Notes under the pieces: generated by a model | The model's database searches: none | What the model was told of the DNA's origin: nothing | The model's input: the letters and a program-made list of their open reading frames with translations, nothing else | Source of the DNA: an uncultured virus (IMG/VR IMGVR_UViG_3300021197_001080) | Taxonomy: Duplodnaviria > Heunggongvirae > Uroviricota > Caudoviricetes | DNA length: 20,000 bases | Virus record (IMG/VR): IMGVR_UViG_3300021197_001080 | Reading direction: 5' to 3' (one strand) | Program-made: the position numbers and the translations under genes | Part shown: in pieces, positions 1 through 7,508 of the stretch | How positions within the stretch are numbered: position 1 is the first letter of the stretch | Layout: each line of letters starts with the position of its first letter

Positions 1-1
1 A

Positions 2-271
2 ATTTACGGTTGCGCTTTCCAGCATATTTCTAATCGTTCCTGCTACTTCCCCTTGAATGTGAGTCATAACAATTTCTCTGAATACATCTTCTAAAGCCAT
101 CCCGACATAAACATCATTGATTTTTGTCTCTCTGGCCAATTGGAACCTTTCAATCACATTCATCTCAGAATAGATTTCCTTAGATAGAAGACCTATTGTT
201 GCCTTGAGATTTGAAATCTCAGAAAAGGTCCAATTCTTTTTCAGCACTTTCATTTTTATTATATCATCCAT
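2..271 (-). CDS. Hypothetical protein, 5' part (runs off the window edge)
   Basis: Manually translated open frame from ATG at 271 (MDDIIKMKVLKKNWTFSEISNLK...ESATVN) with no stop before position 1; preceded by AGTGATATT; absent from the ORF track because it is truncated. Confidence 0.7.
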   Translation of the reverse strand, partial: MDDIIKMKVLKKNWTFSEISNLKATIGLLSKEIYSEMNVIERFQLARETKINDVYVGMALEDVFREIVMTHIQGEVAGTIRNMLESATVN

Positions 272-275
272 AATA

Positions 276-461
276 TCACTTTTTTTCTAATTTTTTTAAT
301 CGCAGATATGTTTCTGCTTCTCTTTTCCTTATCAAGTTGATTGTTTTTTCTTGATAACTGATGAGTTTTTCTAACCGCTTTATTTGTTTTTGATAAACAA
401 GGTTGAGACGAATAATAAACAAAGAGAGCAGAACAAATGCTACTAGCCCATCCACTAGCAT
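276..461 (-). CDS. Small membrane protein (N-terminal TM helix plus basic coiled coil)
   Basis: Hydrophobic LVDGLVAFVLLSLFII followed by a charged helix; fits between neighbouring genes in the operon. Confidence 0.65.
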   Translation of the reverse strand: MLVDGLVAFVLLSLFIIRLNLVYQKQIKRLEKLISYQEKTINLIRKREAETYLRLKKLEKK

Positions 462-466
462 TTATC

Positions 467-1372
467 TCACACCCAAGTATCGTCCTGCGCTCCCTCGCAG
501 ATACCAAAGTAAGAACAATGGGCGCATGTTTTGTAAAAGAACTTCGTTGGAAAGTTCTCTTGCTCATACGCTTGAATCAACTTAGCAATATTATCCTTAA
601 CAGAAGTAAGGCTTCTTTTCTTTATTTCTTCAACATAGACATAATTAGAAACAGGGTAATACCAACCCCAATGAGTTACTTTCATATCTCTCGTAAGGCC
701 GTTTTCTTCAAGAACTTCATCGGTAGCATACTCAATTAACATTTGATAGAAAGCCATTTCTTGGCGCATTGATGTTTTCTTAAAGTCCTTCCAAGGGCCA
801 GTTTTGAACTCAAAGGGAATAAGGCCGTTATTTTCAATAAAAATCCGGTCAATGATGCCTTGAATGTGAATTACATAATCCTGCATAAGTGGATATTTCT
901 TACTTCCATCTTTAGGAATCGTAATCTCAGCGTCAAACTTACCCTCGTTAACTATGGGCAGGTATTCATGGGTTTTCTCTTCACTCCTTGCTTCAATATA
1001 GCGTTGTGCCTCAAATGCGGCTACATTCATTGAAATATCAAAATACTCATCAAGAGGGAAAAGGCGAGAACAGTAGTCAACAACTTCATCGGCAGACATA
1101 TCTTCTGCTTTCTTCAAATCAAACTCATTAAAGAAATCCTCTCTGTGGTTGTGTAGAATTGTCCCCTTACGCATTGCTTCAGACTGGTCTTGTGGTAGCC
1201 TTTGGATATAACCAAAGTCGTACTTCTTCGCACACCAATTGTGTGAACCAAGAGAAGATTTTGTAATCTTCAAAATTGGTCTACTTGGGTCTTCGTATGC
1301 TGAAGGTTCCCATTGGTATGTGTATTCTCTCATAGATGCTATTCTTGCTTTGTATTTTTCATTTGTATTCAT
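467..1372 (-). CDS. Cas4-like PD-(D/E)XK exonuclease with 4-Cys Fe-S cluster (solo, viral)
   Basis: N-terminal Cys (SSLGSHNWCAKKY), GTILH, IDR...EFKTG nuclease motifs, QxxxY-like RQEMAFY, C-terminal CAHCSYFGIC. Confidence 0.85.
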   Translation of the reverse strand: MNTNEKYKARIASMREYTYQWEPSAYEDPSRPILKITKSSLGSHNWCAKKYDFGYIQRLPQDQSEAMRKGTILHNHREDFFNEFDLKKAEDMSADEVVDYCSRLFPLDEYFDISMNVAAFEAQRYIEARSEEKTHEYLPIVNEGKFDAEITIPKDGSKKYPLMQDYVIHIQGIIDRIFIENNGLIPFEFKTGPWKDFKKTSMRQEMAFYQMLIEYATDEVLEENGLTRDMKVTHWGWYYPVSNYVYVEEIKKRSLTSVKDNIAKLIQAYEQENFPTKFFYKTCAHCSYFGICEGAQDDTWV

Positions 1373-1587
1373 TACTTTCGCCCTCCATGGGCTTTACAGG
1401 TTTTTTGTGTTAGCGTGACCCATTTCTTACAACGGTTTCCGCTTGCGGCTGTTCCGGTACATCGGAAAATGTCGGGTGGAGTTGTTGTGCGACAACGCCA
1501 GCAAATGGGTACATAGTCGCTCTGTTTGTAAGAGACCGGCCTTACATTAATTTTCTTTTCGCACATGCTACAGAAATAAGACACCAT
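1372..1587 (-). CDS. Small Cys-rich Zn-finger protein
   Basis: CSMC..CWRC and CTGTAASGNRC..CKAHGG motifs; start at 1587 gives a TAATG overlap with the polB C-part stop. Confidence 0.7.
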   Translation of the reverse strand: MVSYFCSMCEKKINVRPVSYKQSDYVPICWRCRTTTPPDIFRCTGTAASGNRCKKWVTLTQKTCKAHGGRK

Positions 1588-2495
1588 TAGAACCAATCCT
1601 CCAAACTCATTTGCACACTTCCGTTCCTAATACCGGAAATGTTCCAATTCATTGCCTTGTAAATAGGCTCTGCTTTCTTGACCACTTGTTCTGCGTAGTG
1701 CTCCCAGTTCGGTGTGTATTCCTCAAGGTCTGCGTAAGTTGTCCCAGCAACATATTCAACGCTTCTCACTTCTTTCGTGAGAGGATGAACATAGGTTTCT
1801 GTTGTCCTTGCTTTCATGTGCAGGTAAGAGTCGTCAAAGGTCATATCTTTATTTTGCCAGCAATGCACAATACCGGCAATACCGGCAGATATGCTTGGTC
1901 TCTTCCCTTCAAGGGTAACGAAGTTGGAAGGGGTTTCTTGGCAGGGCATGTGATTTTTTCTTTTCTTGTGGCCGCAGATTTTTCTGTCTGCTACTTGCTT
2001 GAGATGATGCTTTGTTCCACAAACATCGCACTTTAACATAAAGCGGTTTTCTCGTAGGCGGCTTCTTTTTACAATCGTTTTAATTGGTATGCTACCGGTA
2101 AGGACATCACGATAGGTATCGTAAAGGTACTTATTGATTTCACGCTGAGACTTCTGTGAGACCCACATCTTAAGCGCATCAGTTTGCACTTGCTTTGCAA
2201 GTTTTGTCTCACTTACTCTCTTGGCAGTAAAACCAGTTAAGGTGAATTTGGGCTTTTGGAGGAAAACCCCGTCTTCCCAAGTAATCATTCCTGCGTTTCT
2301 GTTCTTCGTAACACCGACACCCAACGCTTCATAGTATTTCTCAAACTCCAAGACGACGGGATGTTGTTCAAGTCCGAGAACATTCGGGAACTTCTTTCTA
2401 ACTTCATTTTGAATCTCCTCTGCTACTTCTTTGGCTTTTTCAATGCTATCAATCTGAACATAAATTGAATCAGTATGTCCGTAAACTACCTTCAT
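1587..2495 (-). CDS. polB: Family B DNA polymerase, C-terminal subunit (motif C, palm, thumb) of a split PolB
   Basis: Begins MKVVYGHTDSIYV (motif C), LEFEKYY, KNRNAG, GFTAKR; internal Cys cluster; C-terminal PIP box QMSLEDWF. Confidence 0.92.
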   Translation of the reverse strand: MKVVYGHTDSIYVQIDSIEKAKEVAEEIQNEVRKKFPNVLGLEQHPVVLEFEKYYEALGVGVTKNRNAGMITWEDGVFLQKPKFTLTGFTAKRVSETKLAKQVQTDALKMWVSQKSQREINKYLYDTYRDVLTGSIPIKTIVKRSRLRENRFMLKCDVCGTKHHLKQVADRKICGHKKRKNHMPCQETPSNFVTLEGKRPSISAGIAGIVHCWQNKDMTFDDSYLHMKARTTETYVHPLTKEVRSVEYVAGTTYADLEEYTPNWEHYAEQVVKKAEPIYKAMNWNISGIRNGSVQMSLEDWF

Positions 2496-2496
2496 A

Positions 2497-2772
2497 TCAA
2501 ACCCTTCTTACAAACATCATTCCAACTGGTTGATTGGCCATCTTAGCGACTTCATCTTGGATTTCTCTAACTGCTGAAAGAAGCGTGAGATTGGTCTTAT
2601 CTTCTGCATATAGACCATCCAAATCCGATGCTAGGGCTTCTATCTTTCGCTCCATGTTCTTCACCCCTTCAATGAGGTTGTTCACGGTATGTTGCATAAC
2701 GCTCATCGTTTTTATGTTTTCAAGAAGCAGGGCTTCCGTCTTATCTGTTTCTTTATTGTTTTCTTCATTCAT
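2497..2772 (-). CDS. Hypothetical coiled-coil protein
   Basis: Heptad-like helical sequence; ATGA overlap with the upstream ORF; ends 1 nt before the polB C-part start. Confidence 0.7.
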   Translation of the reverse strand: MNEENNKETDKTEALLLENIKTMSVMQHTVNNLIEGVKNMERKIEALASDLDGLYAEDKTNLTLLSAVREIQDEVAKMANQPVGMMFVRRV

Positions 2773-2924
2773 AATATCACTACCAATAGTGTGATGATAG
2801 TTGCAATATTTACTGCATTTACCATCATTAAGATTTTGTTGCTTCTTTTTACATTCTCTAGCAACTCAGAGAGTGTGCCTTGTGTTTCTTTTTGCACTTC
2901 AATTAATTCGTCTAAGTTAAACAT
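2769..2924 (-). CDS. 51-aa tail-anchored coiled-coil membrane protein (not in ORF track)
   Basis: MFNLDELIEVQKETQGTLSELLENVKRSNKILMMVNAVNIATIITLLVVIL; SD-like GAGATGA upstream; ATGA overlap with the next gene. Confidence 0.7.
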   Translation of the reverse strand: MFNLDELIEVQKETQGTLSELLENVKRSNKILMMVNAVNIATIITLLVVIL

Positions 2925-2928
2925 AGTA

Positions 2929-3078
2929 TCATCTCATTACATCAATAGTTTTAGATTCAAAGTCGCACTTTCTGTTGTCACATTTGAATCTCAACTTGTT
3001 CAAGCCCACTTTATTCTCAGTTGCAAAGTAGATTTTGAATTGCTTTCTAAAGCATTTCGGGCAGATAAAGTTCTTCAT
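2929..3078 (-). CDS. 49-aa Zn-ribbon protein (not in ORF track)
   Basis: MKNFICPKC...FKCDNRKCDFESKTIDVMR; ATGA overlap with the HNH stop. Confidence 0.7.
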   Translation of the reverse strand: MKNFICPKCFRKQFKIYFATENKVGLNKLRFKCDNRKCDFESKTIDVMR

Positions 3079-3674
3079 TGTTTCATCTCTCCTGCTTCTT
3101 TTCTTAGGTTCTCTTCAGCCCAAAGAGGTTGCAAGTTCTCGTAATTGAAACAAGCATGTCTTTCCTCTTCCAAAGAAAGGTCAAACGAAGCACATGGCCT
3201 AATATGGTCAATGTGCCACTCTCCATAGTTTTGCCAAGTCATACCCTCTTTGAATTGAGAAGCAAGGTGTTTTTTCAATTCATCAACAGAGCAACCGACA
3301 TACTGAAACGAAGAAATCTTATTTTTTCCTTTGACGAAGGCATACAATCTCGCTCTTAGACTAGACTTTACTCTCCAAGTAGAAGAATGCCGATACAAAT
3401 GAGAAAAATCCCTCAACAAAGCCTCCTCATCACCATCGTAATCTGACTCTATGAGAAGGTTAAAGGATTTCTTGTTCCTCAACCACTCAGTCACTACTTC
3501 TTCCCAATGGTCCAACTTAGTTCCATCTAGCGATGCATTCTTCTTTGCAACTCGCCCACCATATTGATTGTAGTAGCACTTAACATGCCATACTTCGGGA
3601 TAGTGTTCATGCTCTGCAATTGTTCTGCCTAGAACTTCGGACGATATATCCAACAGGCAACCCTCACACTTCAT
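3075..3674 (-). CDS. HNH homing endonuclease-like protein with N-terminal CxxC..HxxC finger
   Basis: GMTWQNYGEWHIDHIRPC...NYENLQPLWAEENLRK, typical of phage/NCLDV HNH proteins; ATGA overlap with the polB N-part stop. Confidence 0.85.
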   Translation of the reverse strand: MKCEGCLLDISSEVLGRTIAEHEHYPEVWHVKCYYNQYGGRVAKKNASLDGTKLDHWEEVVTEWLRNKKSFNLLIESDYDGDEEALLRDFSHLYRHSSTWRVKSSLRARLYAFVKGKNKISSFQYVGCSVDELKKHLASQFKEGMTWQNYGEWHIDHIRPCASFDLSLEEERHACFNYENLQPLWAEENLRKEAGEMKQ

Positions 3675-5368
3675 CCTTCCATCCCTCTAGCAACAAACGC
3701 CGCCGTTCTAATTGCTTCCCTAGCACTAGCGGTAATGCTAGCGGCCAAGTCAACATCAGCCCAACCGAAACCTTGGAAGGCAACAATGCCATAGAAAGAG
3801 GCCATCAAACGCTTGACTGCCATTTGGTTGTTGTACCACTTTTGGTATTCGCCTGTTTCGTTCTCTCTAGCATAGCGCATCTGTTTCTTGTACGAGTCAC
3901 GCAAAGCCTTCAACTCAAGAACGGCTCTAGGGAGCAAACCAAGTTCATCGGTCTTGTAATAGTGCATACTGGGGATGTGGCCAACAGGTAGGGTTTGTAG
4001 GTTTCTAGGGACAAGAACATCAACACCAAACTCAGTCGGAGTAGGGCTCTTTGTTTCCCAAGAGATGTTTCTAGCAATCATCATACTTGGGTAGAGTTGA
4101 GCGTAGTCCATAGCGGCGACACCAAGATGCAAACCGTTTGTTCCTTCATCAAGCGGATTGTAAATCATTGCTCCCTCGTAGTCCTTCCTTTCAACTGATT
4201 TGTCACCAGTAGGGGCCTTCCAAGAAGCGTTTCTCATGAAGTAAATACTACCCATGTGGGAAGCATAGAAACAAGCATCAAATGGAGCCACTAGCAACCG
4301 CTGGAGAGAAAGAATCGCTTCACTTGTAAAGTTAGTTTCGTCAATCTTTCTCAGCAGTTCCACATCTTGTAAGGCGTACTGCAAATAGGCAACTGGGTCT
4401 TCTAACCAAGCACGGCGATAGAACTCATTCGGGTCTTCAAATTTAGTCTCTGTGTGCTTTCCTTCACCAAAAAGAGTTTGTGAAACATACTCAAGTGAGA
4501 GAGAAGGAAGTGTTCCTCGCTGAGAATCATTCCACTGTCGCTCAAAGGCCAAGTCAAGATTCAAGGTGATTCGCCCACCGATTGGCTGTTCAATTGGAGA
4601 ATAGCCTTGTTCGGCATAAGCGAAGTAATAGCCGCTCTCGGACTTGTTTGATTTCACAAAGCCCTTTATCTGATTCATAGGGGAAATGATTCTAGCATCA
4701 ATACCTAGAATAGCGGAGCGTTCTAGTAACTTAGGCAGGTCAAACTTCAACCCAAACCAAGCAATGAGCATATCGGGGTCTTCTGCAACAATGTGTCCAA
4801 GAAACCCTTCAATCATATCCTTCTCGCTAGTGTAATAGAAGAAGTTGACATTGTAATTCTCAATTGATAATTGGGAAGCCAAATCAGCATTAAACTCATA
4901 GTTCGGGCACCATACGAATTGATGGAAGTTCTTACTGTAATTGTCAAAAGCGACAATTGCGGTGATGGCACTATCATGTTCTCCACCCTGTTGCCATTCC
5001 ATATCCCAGTACCACTTTCTCAAGTTGTATTCGGGAAGTTCATCCAACTCGTCAACGCAAAAGCGGAAATGGTAGGGGACATCCCCTTCGTAGGTTTTGT
5101 CGTGAGCCTTTCTAGCATGGCGAGCATCGGAGTGCTTCTCGTAGCAAACACGAACAAGAGGGATACCGTCTAGATTCTTCCAATCACCTTCAATGTAAGA
5201 AAATTCACATTGAGTGTAGTTGCTTATTGAATAATATGGTGGTCTATCTGCATCTGCTTCAATATAGAAATATGATAAGACGGACGAAACTTTTTCTAGT
5301 TTCTCATCGTTCTCATTCCTCCAAGACATGTAGATTTCATTTTTACTCTTATTCTTACTAATAATCAT
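3671..5368 (-). CDS. polB: Family B DNA polymerase, N-terminal subunit (3'-5' exonuclease, motifs A and B) of a split PolB
   Basis: ExoI YWDMEW, ExoII AWFGLKFDL, ExoIII YALQDV, YEGA, motif A DYAQLYPS, motif B KRLMASFYG; AGGTGA RBS. Confidence 0.93.
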   Translation of the reverse strand: MIISKNKSKNEIYMSWRNENDEKLEKVSSVLSYFYIEADADRPPYYSISNYTQCEFSYIEGDWKNLDGIPLVRVCYEKHSDARHARKAHDKTYEGDVPYHFRFCVDELDELPEYNLRKWYWDMEWQQGGEHDSAITAIVAFDNYSKNFHQFVWCPNYEFNADLASQLSIENYNVNFFYYTSEKDMIEGFLGHIVAEDPDMLIAWFGLKFDLPKLLERSAILGIDARIISPMNQIKGFVKSNKSESGYYFAYAEQGYSPIEQPIGGRITLNLDLAFERQWNDSQRGTLPSLSLEYVSQTLFGEGKHTETKFEDPNEFYRRAWLEDPVAYLQYALQDVELLRKIDETNFTSEAILSLQRLLVAPFDACFYASHMGSIYFMRNASWKAPTGDKSVERKDYEGAMIYNPLDEGTNGLHLGVAAMDYAQLYPSMMIARNISWETKSPTPTEFGVDVLVPRNLQTLPVGHIPSMHYYKTDELGLLPRAVLELKALRDSYKKQMRYARENETGEYQKWYNNQMAVKRLMASFYGIVAFQGFGWADVDLAASITASAREAIRTAAFVARGMEG

Positions 5369-5376
5369 TTAATCAC

Positions 5377-6141
5377 CTAACTTGATACTGATGGTGCTTT
5401 CACAACTAAGCGGTCTTCAGCCATAATTAGAATTGGAAACTCGTCCTTTACATAAAAGTTGAGGAGTTGATTCTTATCAAAGAACTTGTGAATAGGCGAA
5501 GTGAACTCAATTGTGGCCGCTTCTCCATGTGTATGGGTTGTAACCATTTGTTCTTCGTACCGGTTCTCAGTGCTTTGACGGGAAGAGAAGACAACTTCTC
5601 CTCCATCTTTGTAGTCCAGTTTATATGTCCCTGCTTTGACCAGTTCCATTGATTGCATACAAGATGCAAAGGAGCCAGAAAGCAAAGAGAATGCACCCTC
5701 ATAAGAAGACTTACCAAAAGACAGAAGCGTTGTTGGGTGCAACTGATAGGTCGCATCACCGAGCATTTGAGTAATGCGCTCAAAGACAGAAGTGTCATGA
5801 CCAGTAATCAAAGGAACCGTTGCTCGCTTGTTAGCACTAGAAAGCATAATGAAGTCACTAGAAGTGAATGTAACGGCATCGCTGAATGTCTTCAAGTAAG
5901 ACAGAATCTTAGATACATCACAGACACAAGAACCGTTTTCTTCACCTTCAACAGTAATGTCTGCCCTCACAATGAAGGTAGCGTTACCGTTGTAGATTCT
6001 TAGGTTGTTTCCAGTCAAAGTCAACTGAACAGTTGTTCCTAGACTGCTACTGCTGAAACCGCTTGACCCAGCATACTTTCCCTTAACTTGGATGCTATCA
6101 AATACCTCTTTCATCTTTTTATTGTCTATTGTAAATTTCAA
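5377..6141 (-). CDS. DNA sliding clamp (PCNA/beta-clamp-like)
   Basis: 254 aa, two-domain alpha/beta pattern (MKFTIDNKKMKEVF; C-terminal FPILIM...VVKAP); lies directly upstream of polB; clamp loader and PIP boxes occur nearby. Confidence 0.7.
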   Translation of the reverse strand: MKFTIDNKKMKEVFDSIQVKGKYAGSSGFSSSSLGTTVQLTLTGNNLRIYNGNATFIVRADITVEGEENGSCVCDVSKILSYLKTFSDAVTFTSSDFIMLSSANKRATVPLITGHDTSVFERITQMLGDATYQLHPTTLLSFGKSSYEGAFSLLSGSFASCMQSMELVKAGTYKLDYKDGGEVVFSSRQSTENRYEEQMVTTHTHGEAATIEFTSPIHKFFDKNQLLNFYVKDEFPILIMAEDRLVVKAPSVSS

Positions 6142-6947
6142 AGTTTACCCTCCCGCAATTCAGGAATACCGTTCCAAACGATGTTTGGCGGTTGTCCCTG
6201 CCTTGTGGTAAAGCGGCTTCCAACAAGATTACCGTTAGTCCTAGAACCAACAAGTTCTGCAATGTAGTGAATCTCGCCCTTGATGTTCTTACGATAACAA
6301 TGAAGTTCCTGCTCCAATTTACCACCCCAATCCTTCCAAGCAGGTTGAACACCGACTGGAGAATTATCTACATATCTTTCCGTTTCGTGAGTAATGTAAA
6401 TTACATCACAATCCAAGTGGTAAATAGCCTCAAGAAGATGGTAGAAGGTCTTGTTTCTAGCACCGTACATGTAGGGCATGACCTTGGTGACAACCCGTGG
6501 GTTGGGATTAATCTTCAACATACAGTCTTCAAGCCAAGAGTCTACCCCATCAATAACAAAGATAGGCTTCTCACCTTCCTCAATCTTTCCACGAACATAG
6601 CGGATAAACATATGAGAGTTTTCTTCGCTCTTCTCAATGTCAGTTACATTTTCTTTATTCAATGTAATTGGGCAGTAGACTTGAATGCGCTCTGTTGCAT
6701 CGTGGTGTTCAATCCAAGTTGATTCAACCCCTCTATCCCAATCAAGAACATAGATTGGTCGGTTAGGGAAATCAAGTGCAAGACCAGTTTTACCAGTCTT
6801 GGGTTCTCCCCAAATACCAAGAACAAGACGGGACTGCTTTTCTGCCCTCTTCTTCTCCATCAATTCACGGAATTTATTGTTAAACTCCTCCTGTTTCGCA
6901 CCAAAGTTCATGGTGTTCGCTTCTCCTCTTTTACTTGTAATACTCAT
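6138..6947 (-). CDS. P-loop ATPase, RecA/RadA/Sak4 (AAA_24)-like recombination protein
   Basis: Walker A GEPKTGKT, VLDWDRG, Walker B IFVIDG, VIYITHE. Confidence 0.8.
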   Translation of the reverse strand: MSITSKRGEANTMNFGAKQEEFNNKFRELMEKKRAEKQSRLVLGIWGEPKTGKTGLALDFPNRPIYVLDWDRGVESTWIEHHDATERIQVYCPITLNKENVTDIEKSEENSHMFIRYVRGKIEEGEKPIFVIDGVDSWLEDCMLKINPNPRVVTKVMPYMYGARNKTFYHLLEAIYHLDCDVIYITHETERYVDNSPVGVQPAWKDWGGKLEQELHCYRKNIKGEIHYIAELVGSRTNGNLVGSRFTTRQGQPPNIVWNGIPELREGKL

Positions 6948-6948
6948 T

Positions 6949-7155
6949 TTAATTCCTCGCCTTTTTCCAATTTTTTATTAATTCATCTATTTCGTTTTGA
7001 TTTCTAAACACCAATCGCACTTCCTTTGTGCCGATGTGGAGTTTGATGTGTTGGTTTCCATCGTCCCAGTTTTCCTTCATAGTAATGAAAGAAACCTCGG
7101 ACAAATCCACCTCGTATTTGTTTTCTACAGAGAGAACATTCCCTTCAAACTTCAT
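6949..7155 (-). CDS. Small beta-rich protein (possible PH-like fold), probable paralog of 7152..7364
   Basis: Start MKFEGNV gives an ATGA overlap; beta-strand pattern followed by a C-terminal helix with Trp. Confidence 0.7.
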   Translation of the reverse strand: MKFEGNVLSVENKYEVDLSEVSFITMKENWDDGNQHIKLHIGTKEVRLVFRNQNEIDELIKNWKKARN

Positions 7156-7364
7156 GAAAACTTCACTCCTTCGTAACATGTGTAAGCAGCAAGGAACTCT
7201 TGAAACTCACTCTTTGTCAAAATGTGGTTAACAGGTTTCGTTGCACCTGTATAGATTTTCAAGTTATACTGCTTGTATTGGTCAATATCCCAAGAAATGT
7301 GTTGAATCTTGCTAAAGAAGACAAATGCTCTGTTTGTTTTGATTGAATAATCACTAATTATCAT
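7152..7364 (-). CDS. Small beta-rich protein (possible PH-like fold)
   Basis: AGGTGA RBS; similar residue pattern to the downstream ORF. Confidence 0.7.
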   Translation of the reverse strand: MIISDYSIKTNRAFVFFSKIQHISWDIDQYKQYNLKIYTGATKPVNHILTKSEFQEFLAAYTCYEGVKFS

Positions 7365-7377
7365 AATATCACCTACT

Positions 7378-7506
7378 AATGGGGGAACGGGTTCATAGAT
7401 ACCACTCTACTATCTCCATTTTGGCTTTCGCCAAGACATGAAAGATTTTCCCGTTATTACTGGATAAACCCCAAAAGGCTTGAGCCGGTCAGTCTAAGAC
7501 TAACCT
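7378..7506 (-). ncRNA. Candidate structured intergenic RNA element
   Basis: Several nested complementary segments, including UUGGC-GAAA-GCCAA (7421-7434), GGUUAGUC-UUA-GACUGACC (7487-7505) and AACGGG/CCCGUU; longest non-coding gap in the window. Confidence 0.5.
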
Positions 7507-7508
7507 AC

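Noticed and set aside
259..567. Alternative-frame minus-strand ORFs (259..567, 5448..5798, 6119..6352, 8231..8482, 12451..12639, 19358..19555)
   Set aside because: Nested within or overlapping better-supported genes, with no motifs
2496..3674. Group I intron or intein interrupting polB
   Set aside because: The interval is fully occupied by four coupled ORFs, leaving no room for a ribozyme core; there are no intein motifs; joining at the shared ATGAAG leaves an in-frame TGA; ATGAAG is also a common gene start here
7378..7506. tRNA, hammerhead or twister ribozyme
   Set aside because: No cloverleaf or T-loop; no CUGANGA core; CCGGCUCAAGCC only loosely resembles the twister P4 loop and lacks the closing stem
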